The notes under the pieces: generated by a model | What the model was told of the DNA's origin: nothing | The model's database searches: none | Seen by the model: only the letters and a program-made list of their open reading frames with translations | Program-made: the position numbers and the translations under genes | IMG/VR virus record: IMGVR_UViG_3300035698_015907 | Length of the DNA stretch: 64,000 bases | From: a virus | Reading direction: 5' to 3' (one strand) | Shown here: piece by piece, positions 45,904 to 55,462 of the stretch | Layout of the letters: each line of letters begins with the position of its first letter | Numbering within the stretch: the stretch's first letter is position 1

Positions 45904-47925
45904 CTAGAATTCAAATATGAACTTTATTGTTTCAGTTTGGCTTAGTGATCTTTCTACGGCTTCTATATTTTCAAGGTAGATTATCTCACCACTCATAAAA
46001 ATTAGTTCCGGATTATAATGAGTACTAAAAGATGCAACAGCTGCAGAATTTGCGCCTGTTACAGCTTCTCCTAACTCAAAAATACCAGTCGGTTTGATAA
46101 CATAAAAATCTGTATCATCTACTACCGAATGAAGTACAACATTTGATGAACCTTGTGTTAAAAATTCATCTTCTACAAATGTACCAGATATTATACTTCC
46201 AATGTATTTATGGGTATTTATGAATGTCGAAAACCCTTTAGTTACACCAGATCTAGATATAGAATTCACGGTTGCTACTGCACCAGATGAATTTCCAATC
46301 AATATATCATTAGTTTCTAAAACACCTTCAACATTTGTTAATGTGATTGTTGTAGTATTTGATGTTACTACATTAGATACTGTTGATACATTAGGTATAT
46401 AAAAACTTACACCATCTTGAGAAAATGCAGCATTAGAATCTAGAACCATGTGTGAAGAATTTGTTACTGCATTTACAACACCTATAAAACTGTTGTTTCC
46501 AGCAGCTTCTGACACGTTATAAGAGAAGAATACCTTATCACCAGCAGTAAATTGATTATCTAAATCTGCTGTTGCGGCAGTTACTGTTGTAGATGTTGAT
46601 AGTATATTAGCATCTAAACCAACTCTAACTGGAGCTATTTCATAAACAGTTTCATTCTCAATAAATGTTCCAGATGCATTTGATGTACTTATAATAACAT
46701 TAGAAAACTTTGGATCTTTGATAATACCAACAGTTCTAAAATCATTTTCAACTAAAACTGCATTAGATTCAGTATTAGAAAACGATATTGACATTCCTAA
46801 TGCAGTAGCACCTAATTCTAATTCTGTATTAGCTCCATGACCATTATATGGTGAATTTATCACTCTTAATGTAGCATTAGATACTGAAATTTCAGGAGCA
46901 GAATAAGCATTAGCAACAGCAGTTTTATATCCAAGACCGTTGTTTAGCATTTCTATACTATTAACAGTGTTAGTTGATGTATTAACTGTTGCACGAGCTA
47001 CAGCGTTTGATGTTTGAGATCCATCACCAACTATAATAACTCCTGGATATATGTCATATACAGCAGCTACGCCCAGAGAATTAGCAAAAGCATTTTCGAC
47101 TACTATTGCTTTATTTGTAGAATTAACATAATAATCTGTTATTTTATTATACTGGCCAGTTTCGTTATTATTTCCGCCTTTTATGTAGATATAACATCCA
47201 TTATAAAAATCGTTAGCAGATGAAGCACTAGTATTTCCTGATATATCATAGATTAAATTATTACCATCTAATCTTAATGATCCACCAGCAAACATATTAT
47301 TCCCAGATAGATAATTAGAATAACCAGTTCCTCCAGATTCAACAACAATGTTATCAATTGAACCAACACGAACATATGTTTCTACTGAAGTATTCGCAAT
47401 CGCGGGAAACCAACTAGAAGTTGCAAATTTAGCTACAATAGAATTATTAACAGTGAACATATATTTCCACTTGTATCCATCTGAAGTTTCATAATATGGA
47501 TCAGATTCAGATACAGAGTCGAAATTAGGTTCTATTGTTGAAGCAATACCTTCTGCGTTGTAAATACATTTGTATGTATGATAAAGAGCTCCTGCATTAA
47601 CAGTAGCATAAAATTCTTTTGTATGAATATCGCCATCTGTATCATCAAATTGAACATATGATGTATTACTAGTCCAATCATGGCGCGGTATTAAGAGATT
47701 AACATCACTCGAAGTTATTCTTTTTCCGAACACCATTTCTCTATAAACAGATCTAATATAAGATTCACTGTCTTCTGGAGTTTCAATGATAGTATCATCA
47801 TCGTCATATTCTTGTGGCTTCCCCACAAATGCATAGTAAGCAGTATTAGAAAGTTCATCAACTGACTCTAATCTCTGTGTAGCCCCGTGCAGTCCGTGCG
47901 ATATAGTAAGTTTCTTTTCTGTCAT
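45904..47925 (-). CDS. 8: Baseplate wedge protein gp8
   Basis: M+.GK+I, PR.DW, YKC+.N, DGYKWKYM and SGEI+YLEN...+.R...Q.E.+K. Confidence 0.88.
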   Translation of the reverse strand: MTEKKLTISHGLHGATQRLESVDELSNTAYYAFVGKPQEYDDDDTIIETPEDSESYIRSVYREMVFGKRITSSDVNLLIPRHDWTSNTSYVQFDDTDGDIHTKEFYATVNAGALYHTYKCIYNAEGIASTIEPNFDSVSESDPYYETSDGYKWKYMFTVNNSIVAKFATSSWFPAIANTSVETYVRVGSIDNIVVESGGTGYSNYLSGNNMFAGGSLRLDGNNLIYDISGNTSASSANDFYNGCYIYIKGGNNNETGQYNKITDYYVNSTNKAIVVENAFANSLGVAAVYDIYPGVIIVGDGSQTSNAVARATVNTSTNTVNSIEMLNNGLGYKTAVANAYSAPEISVSNATLRVINSPYNGHGANTELELGATALGMSISFSNTESNAVLVENDFRTVGIIKDPKFSNVIISTSNASGTFIENETVYEIAPVRVGLDANILSTSTTVTAATADLDNQFTAGDKVFFSYNVSEAAGNNSFIGVVNAVTNSSHMVLDSNAAFSQDGVSFYIPNVSTVSNVVTSNTTTITLTNVEGVLETNDILIGNSSGAVATVNSISRSGVTKGFSTFINTHKYIGSIISGTFVEDEFLTQGSSNVVLHSVVDDTDFYVIKPTGIFELGEAVTGANSAAVASFSTHYNPELIFMSGEIIYLENIEAVERSLSQTETIKFIFEF

Positions 47926-50523
47926 TTACTCTTCCGTTATGGTTGTGCTCGCAGTCGAGGCAACATTAGATACAGACTCTAATATAAATCTACTAAAGAC
48001 TTTTGTACCAGCCATATGTATAACATTTTTGAGAATATCAACATATTTTTGAAGCTGCACACTTGAATTTACTTCATAAGAAAAATCTTGATAATAAAAG
48101 CCATCATGAAGTCTTTTTTCTCCACTAAGTACGCTGTTATTATATCTATAATATCCTTCAGAAGTTCCATATGAACTTAATACTGTTTTTATAGTTCCAG
48201 GCAGCAAACCATCTTTTACGAAGGTTACATTTTCAAGATCATCATAAGCAAAACCTGAATCAAGCATATCAAATTCTGTTACTGAACCTGCTTGTGCTGA
48301 AGTATTAGCTAAAACAATTCCATTAATTCCTGCAACATTGCTTGTTAAGTCAATAACAACATCAACAAGAGATGCTTCTGATCCGCTGGTATCACCAACA
48401 ATATTAGCAGTCGAAGTTATATCATCAATAGAAATTCTTTGAACATACAAAATACTAGAATTAGAATTAGATTTAACTATTCCCATTTCTATACTATCTT
48501 GTAGTATAACTTCACCAATATTAAAGTTTCCTGTTGATGCATTAATATTTAGGATAAAATCTTTCTTACCAAAATCATATATTAGTGGTTCATAAATTAT
48601 TACATATGGTGCAGTATCATAATCAGCACCATCAGAAGTAACAACTATTCCACTAATCTTTCCTACTGATACATTAACGTGTGTTAACGCATCATCAATT
48701 ATTGTATTGCCATCTTCTTCGCCGGGAGGTGGGAAACCATAATCTGAAACATCAAGATCAACACCGAGATAATCTTGAATTTTGTCTGTGTTGATTTGTA
48801 CGGTTTTTTCATACAAGAAAGTATTAACTAAATCAAAATCAGCACTGGAGCCAGCTCCAATTCTAGAAATATAACCAGTAGCATTTGAACTTAAGCTTAT
48901 AATGAAATTTCCGTTTGAAACTACAAATGAATTCTCAACATTTATAACACCAATATCTGTAGTAACATTTGTTATATTAGCTTCTGCTGTAGAATTACTA
49001 CTTAAAAGTGTGAAAGTCTGATCAAATCTACCTCTATAATTTTCGATGGAAATAGTAGCATTTGAACCGTTGTATGATACAACTCTAATATTTCCATTAC
49101 CAACATTCTGACTATTAGCATCTAGCACATAAACAAATTCGCCATTTGCAAATCTAGATGCTCCAGTCATCATGCCTTCGATGGTAGCATTAGCTGAATA
49201 CTTTATTAGATTACCAGATGCTGTAACATCAGTGAATGATATAACATTTGCATAATAATCAGTCCCATCTATATGTAGAGGTGAACTATCTTCTGTGAAA
49301 ACTAAATTGCCATCTTCATATGACATATCAGGAAGACTGTAGATATAACCATCTTCTGTTAGTGTAATACCATCTGTAACTAGATTAAAACCGGCTTCAT
49401 CAATAAGATTAAAACCGGCTTCATCAATCAAATCATGTTCTGTGTCAGTTTTTCCGTCTGTTATAGCTAATAGAATATAACCAGCTGAAGAATTTGTTGC
49501 ATTGATTGATAATACTGTTCCTTTAGAATAAATTAAATCATCAGAAGGATCTAATTTAACAAGTATATCACCAACCGCAACACTGCCTCCAGTCAAATCT
49601 TGGTATTGAACATTAACCATTGGCTGCGCAATAGTTTCAAACCGACTTAAATTGTTTCCATCATATACTAAGTCAGATATTGTAAGCATATTCTCAGCAA
49701 TAAGAATTTGCGAACTAGAATTATAACCCCAACCCCCATCTTCAAGAGCAAATGAAACTTTTCCAGTTACTGAAGAAATATCAGTAACACGTGCTATAGC
49801 ATCAATACCATTTTTTGGAGATGTAATATTAACTGAATCTCCGATTGCATAACCATATGATCCATCTACAACTATGAGATCGTTAACAGAGCCTCTTATG
49901 ATAGGACCAATAACACCAGATAATTTGTTTCTAACTTTTTCACCGCTTTCAAATTCACCTACTATACTATTAAGATAATAGAGGTGGGTGTAAAAACCAG
50001 AATCAGCTGAGCGTTTTTTAACATACTTTTCAACAAAAGCTGTTGCGCCAGAATTTATTCCTTCTATTTCAACACCAATAAACTCTTTGATGTTATCAGA
50101 TACAAAAAGTTCTAGATATTGTGGTCGAACCCACATACCATCAGAAGTCTTGAAAACATCATCTCCAGGATAGTATATTGTAGCAGGTTCACCAAAAATA
50201 GATCTAAAAAATAGATCAACTGATCTTTCGGTTCCTTTGGATCTATATAAATCTAAGCTGTGTTTTACTAAGCTTCTTGTATCAACAACAGTCTCGAACT
50301 GAATGCTATTAAGATACTTATTTTTAAAGTGAATAAGAAAATCATCTATAGTAGTATCAATATCATTGTATTCAAGTAACCTTCTTGAATGATAAAGGAC
50401 ATTATCTTCCTCCATCCACTCATAGTAGGTTTTTACGAACTCAATAAATCTCGGTCCTTCCTCAGCATAAAAAGCCGGGAATTGTGACTCAATAAGATTT
50501 GATATTGTTTTCTCTATAGTCAT
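47926..50523 (-). CDS. 7: Baseplate wedge initiator gp7-like protein
   Basis: QFP.F..E.G..F+.F+..YYEW, Y.SKGT..S, YYQ.FSY and H.AG.K.F. Confidence 0.85.
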   Translation of the reverse strand: MTIEKTISNLIESQFPAFYAEEGPRFIEFVKTYYEWMEEDNVLYHSRRLLEYNDIDTTIDDFLIHFKNKYLNSIQFETVVDTRSLVKHSLDLYRSKGTERSVDLFFRSIFGEPATIYYPGDDVFKTSDGMWVRPQYLELFVSDNIKEFIGVEIEGINSGATAFVEKYVKKRSADSGFYTHLYYLNSIVGEFESGEKVRNKLSGVIGPIIRGSVNDLIVVDGSYGYAIGDSVNITSPKNGIDAIARVTDISSVTGKVSFALEDGGWGYNSSSQILIAENMLTISDLVYDGNNLSRFETIAQPMVNVQYQDLTGGSVAVGDILVKLDPSDDLIYSKGTVLSINATNSSAGYILLAITDGKTDTEHDLIDEAGFNLIDEAGFNLVTDGITLTEDGYIYSLPDMSYEDGNLVFTEDSSPLHIDGTDYYANVISFTDVTASGNLIKYSANATIEGMMTGASRFANGEFVYVLDANSQNVGNGNIRVVSYNGSNATISIENYRGRFDQTFTLLSSNSTAEANITNVTTDIGVINVENSFVVSNGNFIISLSSNATGYISRIGAGSSADFDLVNTFLYEKTVQINTDKIQDYLGVDLDVSDYGFPPPGEEDGNTIIDDALTHVNVSVGKISGIVVTSDGADYDTAPYVIIYEPLIYDFGKKDFILNINASTGNFNIGEVILQDSIEMGIVKSNSNSSILYVQRISIDDITSTANIVGDTSGSEASLVDVVIDLTSNVAGINGIVLANTSAQAGSVTEFDMLDSGFAYDDLENVTFVKDGLLPGTIKTVLSSYGTSEGYYRYNNSVLSGEKRLHDGFYYQDFSYEVNSSVQLQKYVDILKNVIHMAGTKVFSRFILESVSNVASTASTTITEE
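49382..49428 (-). repeat. 24-nt tandem duplication encoding LIDEAGFN twice
   Basis: agattaaaaccggcttcatcaat appears at 49382 and 49406. Confidence 0.85.
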
Positions 50524-50525
50524 TA

Positions 50526-52331
50526 TTAAGAAGGATCGCTCCTAGTAGCTACTACTGATATATCAAGAAGTGATGCTTCAATATCAAGTATAATATTTTC
50601 TTTAGTGTCAAAATCTTTGTATTCAGTTATTGCATATAATCTTATATACTGTTCTCCTACTGGCAAACCATCTACTCGCATGTTTACAAGCTGAATATCA
50701 CCAGTATTATAATTTACCGTACCAATATTAGGAAGAACCGTTACAACATCATTATTTAGATCTTTAACAAGTCTAAGAATGCCTTCTCCATTATCATCAA
50801 TATGAACACTTTCACCGTTATATGTGAAGGTAGAAGACGAAACTGCAACCAAATCATCTGAGCTATATGTATTATCAAGTAATGAACCAGAATCAGATAG
50901 TGCAACACCGAACGCTATATCTAAATCGAAATTAACACCTATTATTGGTATGAACTTCTTGTAAATCTTTATATCAGTATCGTTGCTTAATATAGCAGCA
51001 TTAGAAATATCATCAATAGCAGCAATAAACTTAGAATATTTGAATGAGGCTTTAAAATCATTCAAATTAGTCTGATGATATGTAATGATTTTATTAGCTA
51101 CTAATGATTTTACTTGCTCTGGACTTATATCTGTTTCATTCACATTATATTTAACAATAGATTCTACACTATAATACAAAAATTCTGGTTCAACAAACTG
51201 AGTGCTTATTGAAATCGGCGCTCTTGGTTTTATGAAATTAGTATATTCATCAATTTTCGGCTGTGGAAGACCTGCAATATCTGATATATCAACTGATATG
51301 AAAACTTTACCATATTGAGGAGGGTTAATATCTTCACCACCGTATGCAGACAGAAGATTGATTTCTGGAAAACGCTGCTTTAGCAGAATTTCATAGTCTG
51401 TTACATTAATAGCTCTTTCCTGAATTTGGAAATATCTAGGTGCATAGAATTTAATTGATTCAATAGTTTCTGCTGCAGCGCCGCCTGATCCGACAGATAT
51501 AGTTTCAACTGTTGGTGTAGTAGTAAATGTAGTAAATGCTTGATCAAGAAAGAATCTTGATGCACCATTGCCATCAGTTTCATGGCATGTTCTATATTGT
51601 ATTGATACTACCGAATTATCCTTCGGACGACGCCCGAGAATACCATCACCAAATATGATTTCATATTTTCCATCTTCAATGCCCTGAATGAAGAATATTT
51701 TTGATGTATCTGTCAAATCAAGAGTTGTTGATGTTGCGGTGAATGTAGTATTAGAACCAGTATTATCTTCGATAACTGTAACACTAATACTTCTAGTATC
51801 TACTAGGGGATCGTTTATAACAAATCTTTGATTTAGGTTGTTGTAATTAACAATATATCTTTCATTATTATACTTGCCTTCATACACAGAAATATTAGAT
51901 GCTGTAAAAGAACCGTTTGTAGAAAATTGAACACTATCTGATTCTGTGACAAAGGTTAAAAGACTAGAACCCACTGTTGTAGTAAATGATGTACCTTTTG
52001 GAATAGTAACAATATTACTATCTGATCCGAATGTCATAGAAACGACAGCTTTTGCGGACCTTGCAGATCGAGGTAGATAATTAAGCTCTTTAGCATGAGA
52101 TACTGCAGAATTTCTTAGCTGCGATGAATCAAGATATGATTCATTCACAACCATGTTCATATAGAATGCATTGTGGAAAGTATTGTATGCTAGAATATCT
52201 AACAGCACACTAATATTTGATCCTTCAAAATCATAATCCGAAAATGATGGTTGTGCTTTTAGATAGGTCTTGAGATTAGACCTCATAGTATCAAAATCTA
52301 ATGATACTAAGTTAATACTAGAATTTGCCAA
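50526..52331 (-). CDS. 6: Baseplate wedge protein gp6
   Basis: LDFD, DYDFEGS, LAYNT, FGDG+LG, Q.RA+...DY and GGED..PP.YGKV. Confidence 0.96.
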   Translation of the reverse strand: MANSSINLVSLDFDTMRSNLKTYLKAQPSFSDYDFEGSNISVLLDILAYNTFHNAFYMNMVVNESYLDSSQLRNSAVSHAKELNYLPRSARSAKAVVSMTFGSDSNIVTIPKGTSFTTTVGSSLLTFVTESDSVQFSTNGSFTASNISVYEGKYNNERYIVNYNNLNQRFVINDPLVDTRSISVTVIEDNTGSNTTFTATSTTLDLTDTSKIFFIQGIEDGKYEIIFGDGILGRRPKDNSVVSIQYRTCHETDGNGASRFFLDQAFTTFTTTPTVETISVGSGGAAAETIESIKFYAPRYFQIQERAINVTDYEILLKQRFPEINLLSAYGGEDINPPQYGKVFISVDISDIAGLPQPKIDEYTNFIKPRAPISISTQFVEPEFLYYSVESIVKYNVNETDISPEQVKSLVANKIITYHQTNLNDFKASFKYSKFIAAIDDISNAAILSNDTDIKIYKKFIPIIGVNFDLDIAFGVALSDSGSLLDNTYSSDDLVAVSSSTFTYNGESVHIDDNGEGILRLVKDLNNDVVTVLPNIGTVNYNTGDIQLVNMRVDGLPVGEQYIRLYAITEYKDFDTKENIILDIEASLLDISVVATRSDPS

Positions 52332-52757
52332 TTATCTTATCCTCTTAAGAACTATCTCAGTACTTAACACATCTGGACTGTGGTGTACCGTAAAATTGAT
52401 AGTTACGGTGTAACTATCAATCAATGGGTCTGCAACAACTTTAATATTTGTTCCAGCTACTCTAGGTTCATTATTGAATATAGTTAATTTTATAGCATCT
52501 TCTAGAGCAAGTGCTGTGAAATTATCTATAGGCTCAAATAGTGTAGCCGTGATGTTTCCACCAGTAGTAGGTTGATATAATCTTTCACCTAAATTGGTCA
52601 TAACTAAAGCTCGTAATGACTGGCGCACCGCAGCTTCATTAGTCTTTCTTATCAAAAGGCCAGACGCTGGATGTGTATTAAGATTAATATCAAAATCAGA
52701 ATAAAAGACATCTCTTTTTCTAGTCTTTACTTCTGTTCTGTCATATTTACTTGCCAC
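52332..52757 (-). CDS. 25: Baseplate wedge protein gp25
   Basis: YSD.D, A+RQS+..L+.T..GER...P..G, LFEP and EPR. Confidence 0.93.
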   Translation of the reverse strand: MASKYDRTEVKTRKRDVFYSDFDINLNTHPASGLLIRKTNEAAVRQSLRALVMTNLGERLYQPTTGGNITATLFEPIDNFTALALEDAIKLTIFNNEPRVAGTNIKVVADPLIDSYTVTINFTVHHSPDVLSTEIVLKRIR

Positions 52758-52781
52758 TTAAAGCCTCTTTTGTTATATTTA

Positions 52782-53690
52782 TTAGGAAAATAAGAAAGTA
52801 CCATTAGATGTAAATGTATGAATAGTGTTTCCACTAGAAGAAGTTATTGTTCCTCCTGTGGCTATTACGGAACCAGTATAACTAATGATTACAACACCAG
52901 ATCCACCAGGACTTGCATCAATATCTGCATTAAGGCGGCCACCGCCCCCGCCTCCACCTAAACCATCAGTTCCAGGTGCAGTATTAGCAGCGTCAGTTCC
53001 TCCATAACCACCGCCCCCTAGTCCTCCAACACCAGCGTCTTTGCCTTGAGACGAACCACCACCACCACCTGCATAGTAAACAGATGAGCCACTGATATCG
53101 AAAGCAAGACCGTCTCCACCGTCTCCACCATTAGCATAATCTGAACCAGAACCATTAGCAGATGAACCAGCGCCGCCTACTGCTCCAGCTCCACCACCAC
53201 CAGCAGCAGATGCCCAACCAGAGCCTACTGTGTTTCCACCTGCATGGCCTTGGCCTGCGGTATTAGCTCCGCCGCCAGCGCCATTAGCATCTCGTGATGC
53301 TCCACCGCCTGATCCGCCTGCTTCTCCATACTCAACATCATATGATCCACCGCCTCCTCCACCCACAGCAGTGAGAGAGAAAGCAGTAGTGTTAGCACCA
53401 TCAGACCCATTATATGAACGGCTGATAGCTGCAGCACCGCCGCCGCCAACTACGATAGTGTATGATCCATTAGCAATATCTATATTATCATGAAGAAGTC
53501 CACCGCCTCCGCCTCCGCCTCCGCCGTAGGTTCCACCGCCGCCGCCACCTGCGACTAAGAGATATTCAATATAGAGAGAATGTCCTGGCCAAAGTGCACT
53601 AATTTTATACTCTCTAACATCATTAAGATTCCATATACCTGATGTGGAATTAGCAGAAATTGGTGCATTATTTCCTATGTATCGACCCAT
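52782..53690 (-). CDS. Glycine-rich adhesin-like protein
   Basis: EYL+VAGGGGGG, YYAGGGGG, GGSG+VII.Y and HTFTS.GTF. Confidence 0.8.
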   Translation of the reverse strand: MGRYIGNNAPISANSTSGIWNLNDVREYKISALWPGHSLYIEYLLVAGGGGGGTYGGGGGGGGGLLHDNIDIANGSYTIVVGGGGAAAISRSYNGSDGANTTAFSLTAVGGGGGGSYDVEYGEAGGSGGGASRDANGAGGGANTAGQGHAGGNTVGSGWASAAGGGGAGAVGGAGSSANGSGSDYANGGDGGDGLAFDISGSSVYYAGGGGGSSQGKDAGVGGLGGGGYGGTDAANTAPGTDGLGGGGGGGRLNADIDASPGGSGVVIISYTGSVIATGGTITSSSGNTIHTFTSNGTFLFS

Positions 53691-54043
53691 TAACTTATGA
53701 TCTCATATGAACATATGAGCTGCAGATCTCCGTTAACGCTAGCAGTGCATCTCAGTGAATCACCTTCTTCAAGATATATCGTTTTTGTTAAAACATCAAT
53801 TGAAGTGTCGGCTGGAACTACTAAAGTAGAAGTTAAATGATAAGCTACAGATGATCTAAAAAGATCTAAACTTAAATCAGCGCTAACGGTTCCATCAATA
53901 TTAGAAACATAAAGAGAATTAATTTTATAAACTTCACCAGATGCAGGAGAATTAGTTACAAAAGCTGTAGCTGAAGTTGTAATATTAGCTACAGCAGTTT
54001 TTCCATAGATATTAGCTACTGCTACAATATTCGGCGCCGCCAT
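53690..54043 (-). CDS. Small fibre-tip adaptor protein
   Basis: Start MAAPNIV follows GGAGGA; K+NS+.V.N+DG, VPA..++.++, YLEEGD.+ and SYE.I. Confidence 0.7.
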   Translation of the reverse strand: MAAPNIVAVANIYGKTAVANITTSATAFVTNSPASGEVYKINSLYVSNIDGTVSADLSLDLFRSSVAYHLTSTLVVPADTSIDVLTKTIYLEEGDSLRCTASVNGDLQLICSYEIIS

Positions 54044-54044
54044 A

Positions 54045-54929
54045 TTATCCTCCAAATACTATAGACATTGCTATAGCTTTTCCTGTTGTAGCTTTAGTGT
54101 TTACGGTGCTTGACAATGATGATATATTTCCACTAAGATCTGATATATTGCTATTTATGCTAGTAACATTAGAGCTTAAATCACCGCTTACTGTGGATAC
54201 ATCATTACCAACAGCAATTATTGATGCTGCGTTGCTGCTAAGATTATTAGCAAGGACATCAATAGAACTAGATAATTCAGATGTAGCGTTGTTAACAAAT
54301 GCTGTTGTGGCTAATGTGTTGCTATTATCACCGGCTTCTGGAGTTGGTGCAGTAGGATTGCCAGAAAATTCGGGAGAAGCTGCTCCTACTACTGTAGTTC
54401 CTGCGCCTGCACTTGAACCTGCTGTTGGAGGTCCAGAAAGACCGATGCCTCCAGCATCTTCGTGCTTATGATCAAATCCAACATTCTTTCCGTTATGAAC
54501 GAGAACTTGACCATTAATTCTAACCCATGGTGCATCTATTCTAAGACCGCCCGGAAAATTAAAATACGCAGCGTTTTTAGCTTCAAGTCTTAGTCCTTTA
54601 CTAAAACGTATATCTCCTTCACCATCTGCTAATGTGCTAAGATCGCCGCCGACTCGAGTTCTATTATCACCAACTGAAATATTTTGTAAATGATTATTAG
54701 CTCTGTTTACTACAGAACCATCGTGTTGCATTTCTTGGTATGAACCTTTAGCATGAGCAACACGTATTCTTTCGCCGCCTTCAGTATCATCAAACTCTAC
54801 TGCATGACCGGATCGATATGTAGTAGTATGAACTTTATGATATTTGCCTCCAGAATCATAGTCAGATGGAAACTCCCAAAAATCTGTTTTGGGCCAACGA
54901 GTTCTGTTATCTTCAATATTTTGACTCAT
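54045..54929 (-). CDS. 5: gp5 C-terminal (spike) part extended by a fibre-like tail
   Basis: SGH..EFDDT.G.ERI...H..G+Y.E, HKH metal-tip motif, then PTAPT......+ATTAFV, a coiled coil and TGKAIAMSIVFG. Confidence 0.75.
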   Translation of the reverse strand: MSQNIEDNRTRWPKTDFWEFPSDYDSGGKYHKVHTTTYRSGHAVEFDDTEGGERIRVAHAKGSYQEMQHDGSVVNRANNHLQNISVGDNRTRVGGDLSTLADGEGDIRFSKGLRLEAKNAAYFNFPGGLRIDAPWVRINGQVLVHNGKNVGFDHKHEDAGGIGLSGPPTAGSSAGAGTTVVGAASPEFSGNPTAPTPEAGDNSNTLATTAFVNNATSELSSSIDVLANNLSSNAASIIAVGNDVSTVSGDLSSNVTSINSNISDLSGNISSLSSTVNTKATTGKAIAMSIVFGG

Positions 54930-55462
54930 TATTTTTTCTCACCGATTTTGAATATTTGTAGTATCTTAAAAATCTGAGCACCACTAAACAAATCTTTGAA
55001 AATACTAAGTAGATTATTTGATATATCGGTAATTCCTTGATTACCAAAAGCACCTAAATCCATATCTTTACCATCAGTTCCAGATGGTATCTTAGGACCT
55101 TTATCTTTAAGTCCTTTTGCAAGCGGTGACACATGACTGGGAGAACTAGGTCCTGGGTAATAACTTCCTACGATCAAACCATGCTGACAAGCAGGATAAT
55201 CAAGGATCATTACCATGACTTTCGATCCTTCTTCGAGTGCTGAGCTTTGACCAGCACCAGCTAAAGATGGAGTAGTCACAGGAAACATAGGAGTGTACCA
55301 AGGCAAATCTTCATCTGGTATGCCTCTTTTATCATCAGTAACACCAAATATTCTAACTTGAGCTCTGAACATCCTATACGGATCTTCGATGCTTATAACT
55401 TCTCCAGGTTTAACTATTACGTTATTACCATCATTTTGAACTGGAGATTGTAGTCTTGACAT
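54929..55462 (-). CDS. 5: gp5 N-terminal OB-fold part
   Basis: G.V....DP....R.QVR+FG......IP.EDLPW and GS.V; no lysozyme domain. Confidence 0.8.
   Translation of the reverse strand: MSRLQSPVQNDGNNVIVKPGEVISIEDPYRMFRAQVRIFGVTDDKRGIPDEDLPWYTPMFPVTTPSLAGAGQSSALEEGSKVMVMILDYPACQHGLIVGSYYPGPSSPSHVSPLAKGLKDKGPKIPSGTDGKDMDLGAFGNQGITDISNNLLSIFKDLFSGAQIFKILQIFKIGEKK

Noticed and set aside
54929-54929. Sequencing frameshift as the cause of the split gene 5
   Set aside because: The junction is a clean TAATG stop-start overlap preceded by GGTGAG, the same coupling used across this operon. Read-level confirmation would still be useful.
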